DNA of 64,000 nucleotides, taken from assembly GCA_965153455.1 (NCBI GenBank), contig OZ234494.1:5208001-5272000 (forward strand), read 5' to 3'. The position numbers were made by a program, and so were the translations under genes. The DNA comes from Sphagnum compactum. Taxonomy: Eukaryota. The notes beneath the pieces were generated by a model. That model was not told the DNA's origin. It saw only the letters and a program-made list of their open reading frames with translations, and did not search any database. Positions 62,950-64,000 of this stretch are shown here, in pieces (position 1 is the first letter of the stretch; the number at the start of each line of letters is the position of its first letter).

Positions 62950-64000
62950 CCTACAAAAATTTGGATGTGATGATTAAGGAGACAAACCTTTAATTTTTCA
63001 AGTATATTATTGGGGCGATAACTTTTGGAGAGACAAAACCTATCCCACCTCTAAAGATGGGAAAGAAGCTTGTCGACAAACCAGGGGAGCCTCAAGACAT
63101 TCCAAAGAACTTGGCCTTAAAAGTCTCCCAAATACGTGAATGAGGGTCAAATCAAAGGAGGTTAGCTGGCATTAAAAATTTAGGAGTGGGGGGAAAAAAC
63201 GAAAAAAGTAATAAGGCCTTTATGTGAAACAATGAATGAGAATTTTGAAAACCACCTGCATATCTTCAACTTAGGAAAGGCATTTGTGTGTTGAACATCA
63301 TCGTTCAAATCAACTTTGAGAAAATAAGATGTGAAGGAAAGGGACCCTAAAGGAACACCCAAAACCTTAATGTCCCTAGCAAAAGTATAGATACATGATG
63401 GAGGCAAGAACTTGAAGGTAACCCTAAAGGAGGCCAAACAACACACTTGTGGGGCTAAACCGCAAGGCCTACCAAATATAACTAGGAAGAAAACTGATGA
63501 ATAACTTAGAAGACAATTGAAGCAAGTTCAATGATGTGGGTGTCATTTACAATGGAAGGAAACAAACAAGATGGGAAAAGGGGAGTCGAATTATGAAGTG
63601 CGCAGAAATGAGTTAGGGTAAAAAGAGGACCACCCAAAAGATCCCCCTGACAAGTTCCAATGGAGGATTAAATAACAAATAGATGGCCCTTAAGGGGACG
63701 GTGATGAAAGAAAACCTTACAGGAAACAATGTTGAAAGCATTTGCAATGTCTACCTGCAACACCACCCAATCAAGGTGATCATTTAAGGTTGCCCGAATA
63801 TTGTGCACCATTGTTTCATAGCCTCCCTTGACTACAACCCCAAATTGGTGGGGAAATAAATGAGCGATAATGCATTGCAAAATTGGAAGCAAAAGGTGCT
63901 ACTCACCAATCAATAAAAAACCTCACCTATTGCTATTGGCCAAATGCCACCAAAAGGCTTGGCCAAAATTAATAGCTTAATAACACCAAAGGCCTTGGCT
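62950..64000 (-). mobile_element. Decayed CRE-like non-LTR retrotransposon RT (runs off window end)
   Basis: Ordered minus-strand motifs: LAKPFGGIWPIAIGEV (~63920-63970), PHQFGVVVKGGYETMVH...VLQVDIANAFN (63668-63892), GTCQGDLLGGPLF (~63620-63660), FPSIVNDTHI (~63530-63565), IKVLGVPLGS (~63340-63372), QASFPIFRGGIG (~63038-63075). Frameshifts and stops present. Confidence 0.8.

Overview
AT-rich, intron-containing plant nuclear DNA. The repeat landscape and protein style look bryophyte (peat-moss-like), but that is an inference. The first ~36 kb hold three full-size ABCG (PDR-type) transporter genes: the last four exons of a + strand gene (251-1857), tail-to-tail with two tandem - strand paralogs that I reconstructed by hand as intact 23-exon GT-AG genes (copy A 14322->3496, ~1483 aa; copy B 36232->23597, ~1468 aa). 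Their introns carry several small inverted-repeat elements. The remaining ~27 kb has no recognisable host gene and is a patchwork of dispersed repeats: a nested hAT-type MITE, Ty3/gypsy remnants, one end of a CACTA element with a TnpA-like ORF, and a decayed CRE-like non-LTR retrotransposon. I found no convincing wholly new biological system. The best leads are the one-sided erosion of conserved PDR motifs in copy A, unusual splice-acceptor and 5'-leader features of copy B, and the CRE-like element.
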